NCBI RefSeq assembly: GCF_058153355.1
Contig: NZ_CM177019.1
DNA length: 64,000 nucleotides
Strand: one strand, 5' to 3'
Shown piece by piece: positions 1 to 10,140 of the stretch. A program made the position numbers and the translations under genes. The notes beneath the pieces were generated by a model that saw only the letters and a program-made list of their open reading frames with translations, made no database searches and had not been told where the DNA came from. Every line of letters begins with the position of its first letter. Positions within the stretch are counted from its first letter, which is position 1.

Positions 1-790
1 TCAGGAACTGCACCGCTTCACGTACTTCAACCGCGTTACCGGCACTGGAGGCCAGCACCTGATTCATGTCGGTGAGTAGCGCGGTGGTGCGCACGCCAGC
101 GCCGTTAGCCACGCCAACAATCGCTTCGGCAAGGGCTTCAGAGAGTTCGTAGGTCGGCATAAATGCACCGCTACCGACTTTCACGTCCATCACCAGTGCA
201 TCCAGACCTTCCGCCAGTTTCTTCGCCAGGATCGAGGCAGTGATCAGCGGGATGGAATCCACGGTTGCGGTAATATCGCGGGTCGCATAGAAACGTTTAT
301 CCGCCGGAGCCAGTGAACTGGTCTGGCCAATAATCGCCACGCCGACGTCTTTAATAATTTCGCGGAAACGGTTGTCATCTGGGAAGATGTCGAAGCCAGG
401 GATGGATTCCAGTTTGTCGAGCGTACCACCAGTATGGCCGAGGCCGCGACCGGAGATCATCGGAATATAGCCGCCGCAGGCAGCGACCATTGGCCCCAAC
501 ATCAGCGAAGTCACATCGCCGACGCCGCCGGTCGAGTGTTTATCAACAATCGGGCCATTCAGATGCAGGCTTTTCCAGTCGAGAACGGTTCCTGAATCTC
601 GCATCGCCATCGTCAGCGAGACACGCTCCGGCATTGTCATATCGTGGAAGAAAATGGTCATCGCGAGGGCGGCAATCTGCCCTTCGGAGATAGTGTTGTC
701 GCGAATGCCGTTGATAAAGAAGCGAATTTCTTCATCGCTCAGCGCATGACCATCACGTTTTTTACGAATAATTTCTTGTGCGAGAAACAA
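1..790 (-). CDS. deoA: thymidine phosphorylase, N-terminal ~263 codons (3' end beyond window start)
   Basis: Minus-strand translation from TTG 790..788 (GGAGG 5 nt upstream) reads [23 protein letters not shown], the DeoA N-terminus. It follows deoC as in deoCABD. Absent from the ORF track because there is no stop inside the window. Confidence 0.9.
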
Positions 791-849
791 GGTAACCTCC
801 CGTGGAATAAGTTTGAAGGCGTTGTTGCCAGATGGCGGATGTTGTTATT

Positions 850-932
850 GCCTGATGCGATGCTGACGCATCTTACAAGGCCTACACGGCACTCGACCCG
901 TAGGCCGGATAAGGCGTTCGCGCCGCATCCGG
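850..932. repeat. REP/BIME pair between deoC and deoA
   Basis: Two inverted REP-type palindromes: GCCTGATGCGATGCTGACGCATCTTACAAGGCCTAC and GTAGGCCGGATAAGGCGTTCGCGCCGCATCCGG. Confidence 0.85.
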
Positions 933-957
933 AATCCACCCTCTGGCAAAAGGCAGC

Positions 958-1737
958 TTAGTAGCTGCTGGCGCTCTTACCGTCGCCGTGGCCCAGCGCT
1001 TTCAGCAGGCTTGCCAGCAGGCTGGAAGCACCAAAGCGGTAGTGACGCGCATCTGCCCAGTCAGCACCGAACAGTTCATCTGCAATCGCGAGATATTTCT
1101 GCGCATCTTCCGCAGTACGCACGCCGCCCGCCGGTTTGAAACCAACGGTTTTCTCTACGCCCATATCACGGATCACTTCCATCATGATGCGCGCGCTTTC
1201 CGGCGTCGCGTTCACTGCTACTTTACCGGTAGAGGTTTTGATGAAATCAGCACCCGCTTTGATGGAGATTTCAGACGCTTTGCGGATCAGCGCTTCGTCT
1301 TTCAGTTCGCCGGTTTCAATAATCACTTTCAGCAGTACGTTCGCTGCTGCGCAAGCCTCTTTACAGGCTTTCACCAGATCAAAACCAACCTGCTCGTTAC
1401 CCGCCATCAGCGCACGGTACGGGAACACCACATCAACTTCATCGGCACCGTAGGCGATTGCCGCGCGGGTTTCGGCCAGCGCGATTTCGATATCGTCGTT
1501 ACCGTGTGGGAAGTTGGTTACCGTAGCGATACGGATTTCCGGGGTACCCTGCTCTTTCAGCGTTTTGCGAGCAATCGGGATAAAGCGAGGATAGATACAG
1601 ATAGCGGCGGTATTACCTACCGGAGTTTTGGCCTGATGACACAGGGCGATCACTTTCTCGTCGGTATCGTCGTCATTCAGGGTGGTCAGGTCCATCAATT
1701 TCAGTGCACGCAGGCTGCTTGCTTTCAGATCAGTCAT
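958..1737 (-). CDS. deoC: deoxyribose-phosphate aldolase
   Basis: ORF track 958..1761. The 259-aa form from the internal ATG ([29 protein letters not shown]...) matches DeoC as I remember it. Confidence 0.95.
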
Positions 1738-1781
1738 TTCATTCTCCTGGCTTGTCGCCAATAAAATTCACCTTGCGAGTT

Positions 1782-1797
1782 TGTTAGTATTCTAACA
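1782..1797. promoter_or_regulatory. DeoR operator (deoP2-proximal)
   Basis: TGTTAGTATTCTAACA, a near-perfect copy of the 16-bp DeoR palindrome TGTTAGAATTCTAACA. It lies 45 bp upstream of the deoC ATG. Confidence 0.8.
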
Positions 1798-1995
1798 TCG
1801 ACTCCGCAACACACTTCGATATACATCACAATTAAGGAAATCTACTTACAAAATTGCATTACTGTAATGCGATCTGGTTCAAATAATTCACTTTCAAATG
1901 AATGCGTCAGTGGTGGCAAACGCATCAGGATCAAAGTGAACATCACGAAACTTCTTACAATGGCGCATCACCTTCGGCATAAAAAGGAACAGAAG

Positions 1996-3546
1996 ATGCC
2001 CACTTCTCATGAAAATGCACTGCAACAACGTTGCCAGCAAATTGTCACCAGTCCGGTACTTAGCCCGGAGCAGAAGCGCCATTTTCTGGCGCTGGAAGCA
2101 GAAAACAATCTGCCTTACCCACAGCTTCCTGCCGAAGCCCGCCGCGCGCTGGATGAAGGTGTAATCTGCGATATGTTTGAAGGTCATGCGCCGTATAAAC
2201 CGCGCTATGTCTTACCCGATTACGCCCGTTTTTTGGCCAACGGTTCCGAATGGCTGGAGCTGGAAGGCGCAAAAGATCTTGATGACGCACTCTCTCTGCT
2301 GACCATTCTTTACCACCACGTTCCTTCGGTCACATCGATGCCGGTCTACCTGGGGCAACTGGATGCGTTGTTGCAACCGTATGTTAGAATTCTAACACAA
2401 AACGAGATCGATATTCGAATAAAACGTTTCTGGCGTTACCTCGACAGAACCCTGCCAGACGCCTTTATGCACGCCAATATTGGCCCATCTGATTCACCCA
2501 TTACCCGTGCGATTTTACGCGCAGACGCAGAGCTGAAGCAGGTTTCACCGAACCTGACTTTTATCTACGATCCTGAAATCACCCCTGATGACCTGCTGCT
2601 GGAAGTGGCGAAAAACATCTGTGAATGTAGCAAACCGCACATCGCCAACGGTCCCGTGCATGATAAAATTTTCACAAAAGGGGGCTACGGGATTGTGAGC
2701 TGTTACAACTCACTGCCGTTAGCGGGTGGTGGCAGTACGCTGGTACGCCTTAACCTGAAAGCCATTGCCGAGCGCAGTGAATCGCTGGATGATTTCTTTA
2801 CGCGCACTCTACCGCACTACTGCCAGCAGCAAATCGCCATCATCGATGCGCGGTGTGAATTCCTCTATCAACAATCACACTTCTTTGAGAATAGCTTCCT
2901 GGTGAAAGAAGGGCTGATTAACCCTGAACGTTTTGTGCCAATGTTTGGCATGTACGGACTGGCAGAAGCGGTTAACTTGTTGTGTGAGAAAGAAGGAATT
3001 GCCGCACGTTACGGTAAAGAAGCCGCTGCGAATGAAGTGGGTTATCGCATTAGCGCGCAACTGGCGGAGTTTGTCGCCAATACCCCCGTGAAATATGGCT
3101 GGCAAAATCGCGCCATGCTACACGCACAGTCGGGGATAAGTTCCGATATCGGCACCACGCCGGGCGCGCGTTTGCCGTATGGCGATGAGCCAGATCCGAT
3201 CACCCATCTGCAAACTGTCGCCCCGCATCATGCTTATTATTATTCCGGCATCAGCGACATTTTGACGCTCGACGAAACCATCAAACGTAATCCGCAGGCG
3301 CTGGTACAGCTTTGCCTCGGTGCCTTTAAAGCCGGAATGCGTGAATTTACCGCCAATGTCAGCGGTAACGATCTGGTTCGCGTTACCGGTTATATGGTGC
3401 GTTTGTCGGATTTAGAAAAATATCGTGCCGAAGGTTCACGTACCAATACCACCTGGCTGGGAGAAGAAGCCGCACGCAACACTCGTATTCTGGAACGCCA
3501 GCCGCGCGTGATAAGCCATGAACAGCAGATGCGCTTTAGTCAGTAA
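1996..3546 (+). CDS. yjjI: glycyl-radical-enzyme-like protein YjjI (DUF3029), function unknown
   Basis: 516-aa form from ATG 1996 ([15 protein letters not shown]...). C-terminal RVTGY motif ([10 protein letters not shown]) of glycyl-radical type. Followed by an overlapping activase gene. Confidence 0.9.
   Translation: MPTSHENALQQRCQQIVTSPVLSPEQKRHFLALEAENNLPYPQLPAEARRALDEGVICDMFEGHAPYKPRYVLPDYARFLANGSEWLELEGAKDLDDALSLLTILYHHVPSVTSMPVYLGQLDALLQPYVRILTQNEIDIRIKRFWRYLDRTLPDAFMHANIGPSDSPITRAILRADAELKQVSPNLTFIYDPEITPDDLLLEVAKNICECSKPHIANGPVHDKIFTKGGYGIVSCYNSLPLAGGGSTLVRLNLKAIAERSESLDDFFTRTLPHYCQQQIAIIDARCEFLYQQSHFFENSFLVKEGLINPERFVPMFGMYGLAEAVNLLCEKEGIAARYGKEAAANEVGYRISAQLAEFVANTPVKYGWQNRAMLHAQSGISSDIGTTPGARLPYGDEPDPITHLQTVAPHHAYYYSGISDILTLDETIKRNPQALVQLCLGAFKAGMREFTANVSGNDLVRVTGYMVRLSDLEKYRAEGSRTNTTWLGEEAARNTRILERQPRVISHEQQMRFSQ
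2382..2397. promoter_or_regulatory. DeoR operator (deoP1 region) inside the yjjI coding sequence
   Basis: Perfect palindrome TGTTAGAATTCTAACA exactly 600 bp from the 1782..1797 copy. This matches the known ~600-bp spacing of the deo O1/O2 operators. Confidence 0.8.
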
Positions 3547-4381
3547 GATTATCCCCTTCTCCTGCGTTGACGGGCCAGGCAGTCGTCTGGCTCTGTTTTT
3601 ACAGGGCTGTAATCTGCGCTGCAAAAACTGTCACAATCCGTGGACAATGGGGCGCTGTAATGATTGCGGGGAGTGCGTGCCACAGTGTCCGCATCAGGCG
3701 TTGCAGATTGTTAACAGCAAAGTAGTGTGGAACGCAGCCGTCTGCGAGCAGTGTGATACCTGCCTGAAGATGTGTCCACAACACGCTACGCCGATGGCGC
3801 AATCCATGAACGTGGACGAGGTGCTTAGTCACGTCCGCAAAGCGGTGCTGTTTATTGAAGGGATAACGGTAAGCGGCGGTGAAGCCACGACCCAGTTGCC
3901 GTTTGTGGTGGCGCTGTTTACTGCTATCAAAAATGATCCACAACTGTGTCATCTCACCTGTCTGGTGGACAGTAACGGCATGTTGAGCGAAACCGGCTGG
4001 GAAAAATTACTCCCAGTGTGCGACGGCGCGATGCTCGACCTCAAAGCGTGGGGTGGCGCGTGTCATCAACAGCTAACCGGACGCGATAATCAGCAGATCA
4101 AGCGCAGCATTAGTCTGCTTGCCGAGCGCGGCAAACTGGCAGAACTGCGTTTGCTGGTAATCCCAGGCCACGTGGATTATTTGCAGCATATCGATGAGCT
4201 GGCGGCGTTTATCAAGGGACTTGGCGATGTTCCGGTACGCCTGAACGCGTTTCATGCCCACGGCGTGTATGGCGAGGCGCAAAGCTGGGCGAGCGCCACG
4301 CCGCAAGACGTTGAGCAATTGGCTGATGCGTTACGGGAGCGCGGGGTGAGCCGGTTGATATTTCCGGCGCTGTATTTGTGA
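3518..4381 (+). CDS. yjjW: radical-SAM glycyl-radical activating enzyme
   Basis: CNLRCKNC (CxxxCxxC) radical-SAM motif plus two ferredoxin-like Cys clusters. Overlaps the yjjI stop by 29 nt. Confidence 0.9.
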   Translation: MNSRCALVSKIIPFSCVDGPGSRLALFLQGCNLRCKNCHNPWTMGRCNDCGECVPQCPHQALQIVNSKVVWNAAVCEQCDTCLKMCPQHATPMAQSMNVDEVLSHVRKAVLFIEGITVSGGEATTQLPFVVALFTAIKNDPQLCHLTCLVDSNGMLSETGWEKLLPVCDGAMLDLKAWGGACHQQLTGRDNQQIKRSISLLAERGKLAELRLLVIPGHVDYLQHIDELAAFIKGLGDVPVRLNAFHAHGVYGEAQSWASATPQDVEQLADALRERGVSRLIFPALYL

Positions 4382-4384
4382 CAT

Positions 4385-4500
4385 GCCGGATGTGGCCTAC
4401 GGTTCGGCACAGACCTGTAGGCATGATAAGACGCGTCAGCGTCGCATCAGGCATTGTGCGCCAACTGCCGGATGCGGCGTGAACGCCTTATCCGGCCTAC
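4385..4500. repeat. REP/BIME cluster between yjjW and yjjV
   Basis: Three REP-like units, e.g. CTGTAGGCATGATAAGACGCGTCAGCGTCGCATCAGGC and TGCCGGATGCGGCGTGAACGCCTTATCCGGCCTAC. Confidence 0.85.
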
Positions 4501-4510
4501 GAAGGGCAGA

Positions 4511-5293
4511 CTACCCACGAACGTTAAACACCGCATACGTGTTATTAAGCAACACTTCGGCAATCTCATCCGCGGGTTCCGGGCGTAACTCGCACAGCAC
4601 GGCAAACACACGGGCGGCCTGTTCAGGGCGATTAGGCTGCCCCTGAAAACCATTGAGCGGCATATCTGGTGCGTCGGTCTCCAGCAACAACGATGCCAGC
4701 GGCAGCTTTGCGATGACATCGCGGGTTTTACTGGCGCGTGGATAGGTGATAGTACCGCCTACGCCAATTTTGTAGCCCAGCTGCACAAACCGTTCGGCCT
4801 GTTGCAGGCTGCCAGAAAAACCATGAACCACACCAGTGCGTGGCAAATTTTGGCGTTTAAGATGCATCGCCAGTTTGTCGTGCGTGCGCCGTGAATGAAG
4901 GATCACCGGCAGATCGTAGCGTTTCGCCAGTTTCAGTTGTTCATCAAGCAACCACTGCTGCCTCTCAAATTGCGGATCGTCACCAAAGAGATCCAGGCCG
5001 ATCTCCCCCACCGCCACCACCTTCGTCGGACGTCTTCCCAACGCCTGCTGTAACTGATCCAGCGATGCATCGTTATGTTTTTCCAACATCCCCGGATGCA
5101 ACCCTAAAGCGGCATACAGCGGTTGATAATTTTCCGCTAACGCCTGCACGCGGGCAAAATTTGCCGCCTCGGTGGCCGGAACAATGATCTTGCCTACGCC
5201 CGCTTGTGCCGCGCGTTGCAGGCTGGCCTCTTCATCGCCACTAAACGGCGGGAAATCAAAATGGCAGTGGGTGTCGATAAAACGGCAAATCAA
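4511..5293 (-). CDS. yjjV: TatD-family metal-dependent hydrolase/DNase
   Basis: N-terminal FIDTHCHFDF motif and TatD-like length. Overlaps the yjjU stop by 4 nt. Confidence 0.9.
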   Translation of the reverse strand: MICRFIDTHCHFDFPPFSGDEEASLQRAAQAGVGKIIVPATEAANFARVQALAENYQPLYAALGLHPGMLEKHNDASLDQLQQALGRRPTKVVAVGEIGLDLFGDDPQFERQQWLLDEQLKLAKRYDLPVILHSRRTHDKLAMHLKRQNLPRTGVVHGFSGSLQQAERFVQLGYKIGVGGTITYPRASKTRDVIAKLPLASLLLETDAPDMPLNGFQGQPNRPEQAARVFAVLCELRPEPADEIAEVLLNNTYAVFNVRG

Positions 5294-6363
5294 GCCAAAT
5301 CCTCATTGTTAAATGTCGGGTCGTTCGCCTGTGGAGCGTCTATCACCTCGGTAACCAGCGTATCGTTGGCGACGGGTGCAGGCGGAATAACGATCGACTC
5401 CGGCGTCACCACCGGCACCAGATGGCGGCTCAGCGGCGCTTTTTCAGTCAATAACTTACCGACCGTTGCCAGAAAATAACGCCCGCATAAACGCCCAAGT
5501 TTATAGTCTTCACGCAGCGCCGGAATCCGACTGCCGAGCGCGATACTATGTAATGGCTTCGGCGGATAAATTTCGAATATCCTCAACTGGCCCGGTGGTT
5601 TCTCAATAAATTGCTGAATCTCACGATAGCTGGTTTCATGATGCTGCACCAGATTGACCAGCGGCTGCAGGCTACTGTCACCCAGCCAGCGTTCCATGCG
5701 TTTGAACCACTGCGGCGTGTAGTACATTTGTGACGGCACAGTGCGGATGACGACTAACGTTTTTGCGCCCTGCCTTGCTGCCTCTTTAACCGGGATCGCA
5801 TCACTGATCCCGCCATCCAGGTAATTAATGCCTTCCAGCGACACTCCGCTACGATAAAAGCCCGGTATCGCACTGGAGGCGCGAATCACATCCAGCCAGT
5901 TCTGTTTGTTTGGCAAAAAGTAATTCGGCGCATAGTCATCCTGACGACAAGCGCACATATAAAACGATTTGCCGCTGTCAAATAGCCGCGCTGCGGTGTC
6001 CATTTGCAACGGCATCTGGCTTGCGGTGGCCTCCACCAGCCAGTCGAGATCGATAAGATTTCCTCCACGGACAAAGCGCAATGGATCGAAAAATTCGCGT
6101 TTTGTGGTATAGCGCATGATGACTTTGCGCGCGTAACCGGGCTGATTGCAGATATACGCCGAGAGGTTCTGCGCCCCGGCAGATGTGCCGAGATAAAGAT
6201 CGAAAGGATTAAACTGCGCGCGCATAAACTCATCCAGCACGCCAGCTGTGAAAATTCCACGCTGTCCGCCGCCTTCGCACACCAGAGCAATCCGTCCAGG
6301 CTGGAACGGCCTTAGCGACAACGGCGCAATATTACCAAGCGTTACAGGTATTCGCTGCCCCAC
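5290..6363 (-). CDS. yjjU: patatin-like phospholipase
   Basis: CEGGGQRG oxyanion motif and GTSAG nucleophile elbow. The 357-aa form from GTG 6363 (VGQRIPVTLGN) fits K-12 YjjU. The track ORF extends to 6399. Confidence 0.85.
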   Translation of the reverse strand: MGQRIPVTLGNIAPLSLRPFQPGRIALVCEGGGQRGIFTAGVLDEFMRAQFNPFDLYLGTSAGAQNLSAYICNQPGYARKVIMRYTTKREFFDPLRFVRGGNLIDLDWLVEATASQMPLQMDTAARLFDSGKSFYMCACRQDDYAPNYFLPNKQNWLDVIRASSAIPGFYRSGVSLEGINYLDGGISDAIPVKEAARQGAKTLVVIRTVPSQMYYTPQWFKRMERWLGDSSLQPLVNLVQHHETSYREIQQFIEKPPGQLRIFEIYPPKPLHSIALGSRIPALREDYKLGRLCGRYFLATVGKLLTEKAPLSRHLVPVVTPESIVIPPAPVANDTLVTEVIDAPQANDPTFNNEDLA

Positions 6364-6426
6364 CTCTGCCTTCCTGTTTTTGTTGTGAAAGAATGACAAA
6401 GTAACGCAATTTATTATTCGCTAAAA

Positions 6427-6455
6427 CCACAAAAGCCAGTCCGTTGGACTGGCTT
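6427..6455 (-). terminator. rho-independent terminator after ytjA
   Basis: Minus strand: AGCCAGTCC-AACG-GGACTGGCT followed by TTTTGTGG. Confidence 0.7.
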
Positions 6456-6484
6456 TGGATAAAATTTTCTTAATGGTCTGAAAT

Positions 6485-6646
6485 CTAGGGTCGTTTTCGG
6501 CCCATGAACAAACTCACCAGGAACAGAATAATCCCGACGACAAAGACAATTTTAGCTGCGCCTGCAGCAGTACCGGCCAGACCACCAAACCCAAGTGCGG
6601 CGGCAATTAACGCGATAACCAGAAATATGATGCCCCAACGAAACAT
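6485..6646 (-). CDS. ytjA: small membrane protein (53 aa)
   Basis: [53 protein letters not shown], two hydrophobic helices. Internal ATG of track ORF 6485..6676. Confidence 0.85.
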
Positions 6647-6772
6647 AAGCGTCTCCTTTACCATAGTTAATGTCACCGCTTGATATGAGCGTGAAAATCA
6701 CTCAATGCGATATTTTTAGTGTGGTGCACATCGCGCCTCCCGACAAAGTTCGGGAGGTCGAATTACGACGAA

Positions 6773-7378
6773 TTACTTAGTTTTCAGATCATTTTTAACG
6801 CTTTTCACACCATCTACCGCTTTGGCGATACTTTCAGCACGGTCGCTCTGTGCCTGAGAATCTACGGTACCGGAGAGCTGAACCACACCATCGGTGGTTT
6901 CAACTTTCACTTTACGTGAAGGGACGATATCGTCCGCCAGCAGCTTGGCTTTGATTTCACTGGTGGTGGCGGTGTCACCCGCGTAGCCCTTCACAGAGCC
7001 TTCTTTAGCGTCGCGAACGTGCAGTTTGTCGCTGACAGAGGTCACGCCTTCAACGCCTTTCGCCACTTTCACTGCCTCTTCGGCCTGGGCCTGGCTTTCA
7101 ACGAAACCGCTCAGGGTCACGACTTTTTGATCGGTTTTGACAGAGATATCGGTGCTCTTGATGTTGTCATGATCCACCAGGGCCGCCTTCACTTTCGCGG
7201 TGATAGCGCTGTCATCCATGAAATTACCGACTTTATTCATAGAGCTATCGACTTTTTGCCCTGCACTTTCATTGGTTGTCTGCGCGTTGTTTTCTGCGTA
7301 GGCAGAGCCGGTCGCGACGGCAGAGGTCAACATTACAGCCAGCAGAGTTTTCGAAATCTTCAGTCTTGTCATAGTCAT
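6773..7378 (-). CDS. osmY: periplasmic osmotically inducible protein (two BON domains)
   Basis: 201-aa form [28 protein letters not shown] (signal peptide) followed by a duplicated BON-like repeat (..[12 protein letters not shown].. / ..[12 protein letters not shown]..). Confidence 0.95.
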   Translation of the reverse strand: MTMTRLKISKTLLAVMLTSAVATGSAYAENNAQTTNESAGQKVDSSMNKVGNFMDDSAITAKVKAALVDHDNIKSTDISVKTDQKVVTLSGFVESQAQAEEAVKVAKGVEGVTSVSDKLHVRDAKEGSVKGYAGDTATTSEIKAKLLADDIVPSRKVKVETTDGVVQLSGTVDSQAQSDRAESIAKAVDGVKSVKNDLKTK

Positions 7379-7770
7379 CGATTTATTCCTGTATGTTTGC
7401 TCGTAATTTGAGCCTGGCAACACGAGGTTGCATTGCTGAATAGGGAGAGGCTTCACCCTCTACAGAAGTCAATGGTCGCTATCACAAAAGCGATGGCTGA
7501 TGAATAACGACCATTACAGCCTCTGAATCAGTTATTAATATCGGTAGAATGACAATCGACGGCTTTAGATACTGATATCTACGCATTGAACGGTATTTAA
7601 CGCCGTCAGAAATGTCATTACTTTGTTAAATATAGATCACAATTTTGAAACCGCTCGGGATATCCCCTAAAACATAAGCAAAAGTGAATGTTTTAAGAAC
7701 ATTCCGTAAGCGGCTAATAAGGAAGGGAAATTGACAGGGCGCAGCGGCTACCGCGCCCTGGAGGCAAGAA

Positions 7771-9357
7771 TTAATGCTCGCGAGTCTGGTGGAACTGAAC
7801 GTCCGGATAACGTTCCTGCGCCAGGCGCAGGTTGACCATGCTGGTAGCGATGTAAGCGAGGTTATCGCCGCCATCAAGCGCCAGTTGGCTTTCGTTCTTA
7901 CGCTTGAACTCTTCGAATTTCTTCGCGTCCGCACATTCTACCCAGCGTGCAGTGGCAACGTTGACTGACTCATACACTGCTTCAACGTTGTATTCGCTCT
8001 TCAGGCGCGCTACCACCACATCAAACTGCAGCACACCAACCGCACCAACGATCAGGTCGTTGTTGGAGATCGGACGGAACACCTGCACCGCGCCCTCTTC
8101 GGAAAGCTGTACCAGCCCTTTGAGCAGCTGTTTTTGCTTCAGCGGATCTTTCAGGCGGATACGACGGAACAGTTCCGGCGCAAAGTTCGGAATACCGGTG
8201 AACTTCATCATCTCCCCCTGGGTAAAGGTGTCGCCGATCTGAATAGTGCCGTGGTTGTGCAGACCAAGGATGTCGCCCGGATACGCTTCCTCAACATGCG
8301 AACGGTCGCCCGCCATAAAGGTCAGCGCGTCGGAGATCACCACATCTTTCGCGGTGCGCACCTGGCGCAGCTTCATGCCTTTTTCATATTTACCGGATAC
8401 CACGCGCATAAACGCCACGCGGTCGCGGTGTTTCGGGTCCATGTTGGCCTGAATTTTAAATACGAAGCCGGTAAATTTATCTTCGCTCGCCTCTACGGTA
8501 CGGGTATCAGTCTGACGCGGCATCGGCGCAGGTGCCCACTCTACCAGGCCATCCAGCATATGATCGACGCCGAAGTTACCCAGCGCAGTACCAAAGAACA
8601 CTGGAGTAATTTCGCCCGCAAGGAACAATTCTTTGTCGAACTCGTTAGACGCGCCTTTCACCAGTTCCAGTTCGTCACGCAGCTGCTGTGCCAGATCTTC
8701 ACCAACCGCAGCATCGAGATCCGGGTTATTCAGCCCTTTAACAATACGGACTTCCTGAATGGTGTGACCTTTACCGCTCTGATAGAGATAGGTTTCGTCT
8801 TTATAAAGGTGGTAAACGCCTTTAAACAGCTTGCCGCAGCCAATCGGCCAGGTGATCGGCGCACAGCCGATTTTCAGCTCGTTCTCAACTTCATCGAGCA
8901 GCTCCATCGGGTCGCGGATATCACGGTCAAGTTTGTTCATAAAGGTGAGGATCGGCGTGTCGCGCAGACGGGTAACTTCCATCAGCTTGCGGGTACGATC
9001 TTCAACACCTTTTGCGGCGTCGATAACCATCAGGCAGCAGTCCACCGCCGTCAGAGTACGATAGGTATCTTCCGAGAAGTCTTCGTGCCCCGGGGTGTCG
9101 AGCAGGTTAACCAGGCAGTCGTGATACGGAAACTGCATCACAGACGTAGTAATGGAGATCCCACGCTGCTTTTCCATCTCCATCCAGTCCGACTTAGCGT
9201 GCTGGTTGGAACCACGGCCTTTTACTGTACCGGCAGTCTGAATGGCCTGTCCGAACAGCAGCACCTTCTCGGTGATGGTCGTTTTACCGGCGTCCGGGTG
9301 AGAAATAATTGCAAAGGTTCTTCTTTTCGCTACCTCTGCGGCCAAAAGGCTTGTCAT
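7771..9357 (-). CDS. prfC: peptide chain release factor 3; the first ~21 codons are prophage-derived
   Basis: GTPase motifs [12 protein letters not shown] and DTPGH. ATG at 9357..9355 gives [21 protein letters not shown]. The alternative native 5' end is at 48849..48913 (see findings). Confidence 0.95.
9296..9309. repeat. attL core
   Basis: GGGTGAGAAATAAT, identical to 48849..48862. Imperfect extension ([T/G]GCAAA[G/A]G). Lies in prfC codons for AIISHP. Confidence 0.8.
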
Positions 9358-9377
9358 AATTGTTGTCTCTTTGATTA

Positions 9378-9423
9378 TGTACAATCATATGTACAAAGAA
9401 AAATTCATGCCGCTGATTGTACA
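9378..9423. repeat. TGTACA arm-type repeats (P' arm candidate)
   Basis: TGTACA at 9378, 9390 and 9418, within (A/T)TGTACA(A/T) contexts. The same motif recurs four times next to int at 48628..48684. Confidence 0.6.
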
Positions 9424-9511
9424 TTTTGGAGGTATCAGAGCATAGCAGAACATGATCAGTAGGTGTATTTGTAGCCAAAGAACATTTGTATATGCAGCAA
9501 TCTTTGCTCTA

Positions 9512-9563
9512 TTGACACTGTTTATTCATACAGTTAAAAATAATACTGTATAAAAACGCAGTA
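9512..9563 (+). promoter_or_regulatory. SOS promoter with two LexA boxes
   Basis: TTGACA (9512..9517), 17-nt spacer, TAAAAA. Box 1 is CACTGTTTATTCATACAGTT (9516..9535) and box 2 is TACTGTATAAAAACGCAGTA (9544..9563). Both fit CTG-N10-CAG. Confidence 0.8.
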
Positions 9564-9577
9564 GAGAGGGGTTTTTT

Positions 9578-9826
9578 ATGCGTATTGAGATCTGCATAGC
9601 CAAAGAGAAAATGACTAAAATGCCAAACGGTGCTGTGGATGCGTTAAAGGAAGAATTAACTCGGCGCATCAGTAAGCGTTATGACGATGTAGAAGTGATC
9701 GTAAAAGCCACCAGCAATGATGGGCTTTCTGTTACACGCACCGCAGATAAGGATTCTGCAAAAACATTTGTTCAGGAGACTCTGAAAGATACCTGGGAGT
9801 CTGCTGACGAGTGGTTTGTTCACTAA
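9578..9826 (+). CDS. DinI-like DNA-damage-inducible protein
   Basis: 82 aa. MRIEICIAK...[16 protein letters not shown] parallels DinI (MRIEVTIAK...ILQETWESADDWFV). Preceded by LexA boxes. Confidence 0.85.
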   Translation: MRIEICIAKEKMTKMPNGAVDALKEELTRRISKRYDDVEVIVKATSNDGLSVTRTADKDSAKTFVQETLKDTWESADEWFVH

Positions 9827-9856
9827 TTAACACGTAAAATCTGTAACGGCTGGAAA

Positions 9857-10060
9857 TCATTCAATACTCGCACTATCGAAAGTTCGCCAGCCAACCGCAG
9901 CACGTTCTTGCATACGACGTGTCTGCGGTTTTATATAATCCCAGCCGGTCCAGTTTCCAGACAACCAGCGTGTCACCTGCCGATAATGTCCTGTCAACGC
10001 ATTACGTTGTAGATCGATTTTCTGGTCATTTGTTGATACGCAAACATAGCCAATAAGCAT
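9857..10060 (-). pseudogene. Pin/Gin/Hin-family serine invertase remnant
   Basis: MLIGYVCVSTNDQKIDLQRNAL matches the Pin N-terminus. The conserved AGDTLVVWKLDRLG block is then encoded out of frame and the whole C-terminal half (HTH) is missing. About 204 bp remain versus about 560 bp for intact homologues. Confidence 0.8.
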
Positions 10061-10114
10061 GGTAGCTCCCTCTGACAAAAGCAGGAATGATGCCATTTAC
10101 TCGTTATTTCTGCA

Positions 10115-10140
10115 TTTTCATAAACATTGGTTTACAGGAA
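10115..10140 (-). promoter_or_regulatory. Din-type inversion crossover site (left)
   Basis: The reverse complement TTCCTGTAAACCAATGTTTATGAAAA shares its first 14 nt and the central AA with the site at 13190..13215. Resembles gix/hix. Confidence 0.8.

Noticed and set aside
988-1764. 258-aa plus-strand ORF covering all of deoC (plus a nested 105-aa ORF)
   Set aside because: It is exactly antisense to a clearly recognisable deoC. Its composition is Arg/Phe/His-rich and typical of shadow ORFs, and it has no SD.
8134-9462. 442-aa plus-strand ORF antisense to prfC
   Set aside because: This is a shadow ORF of a highly conserved GTPase gene. It crosses the att core and the prfC start without any start-site signals.
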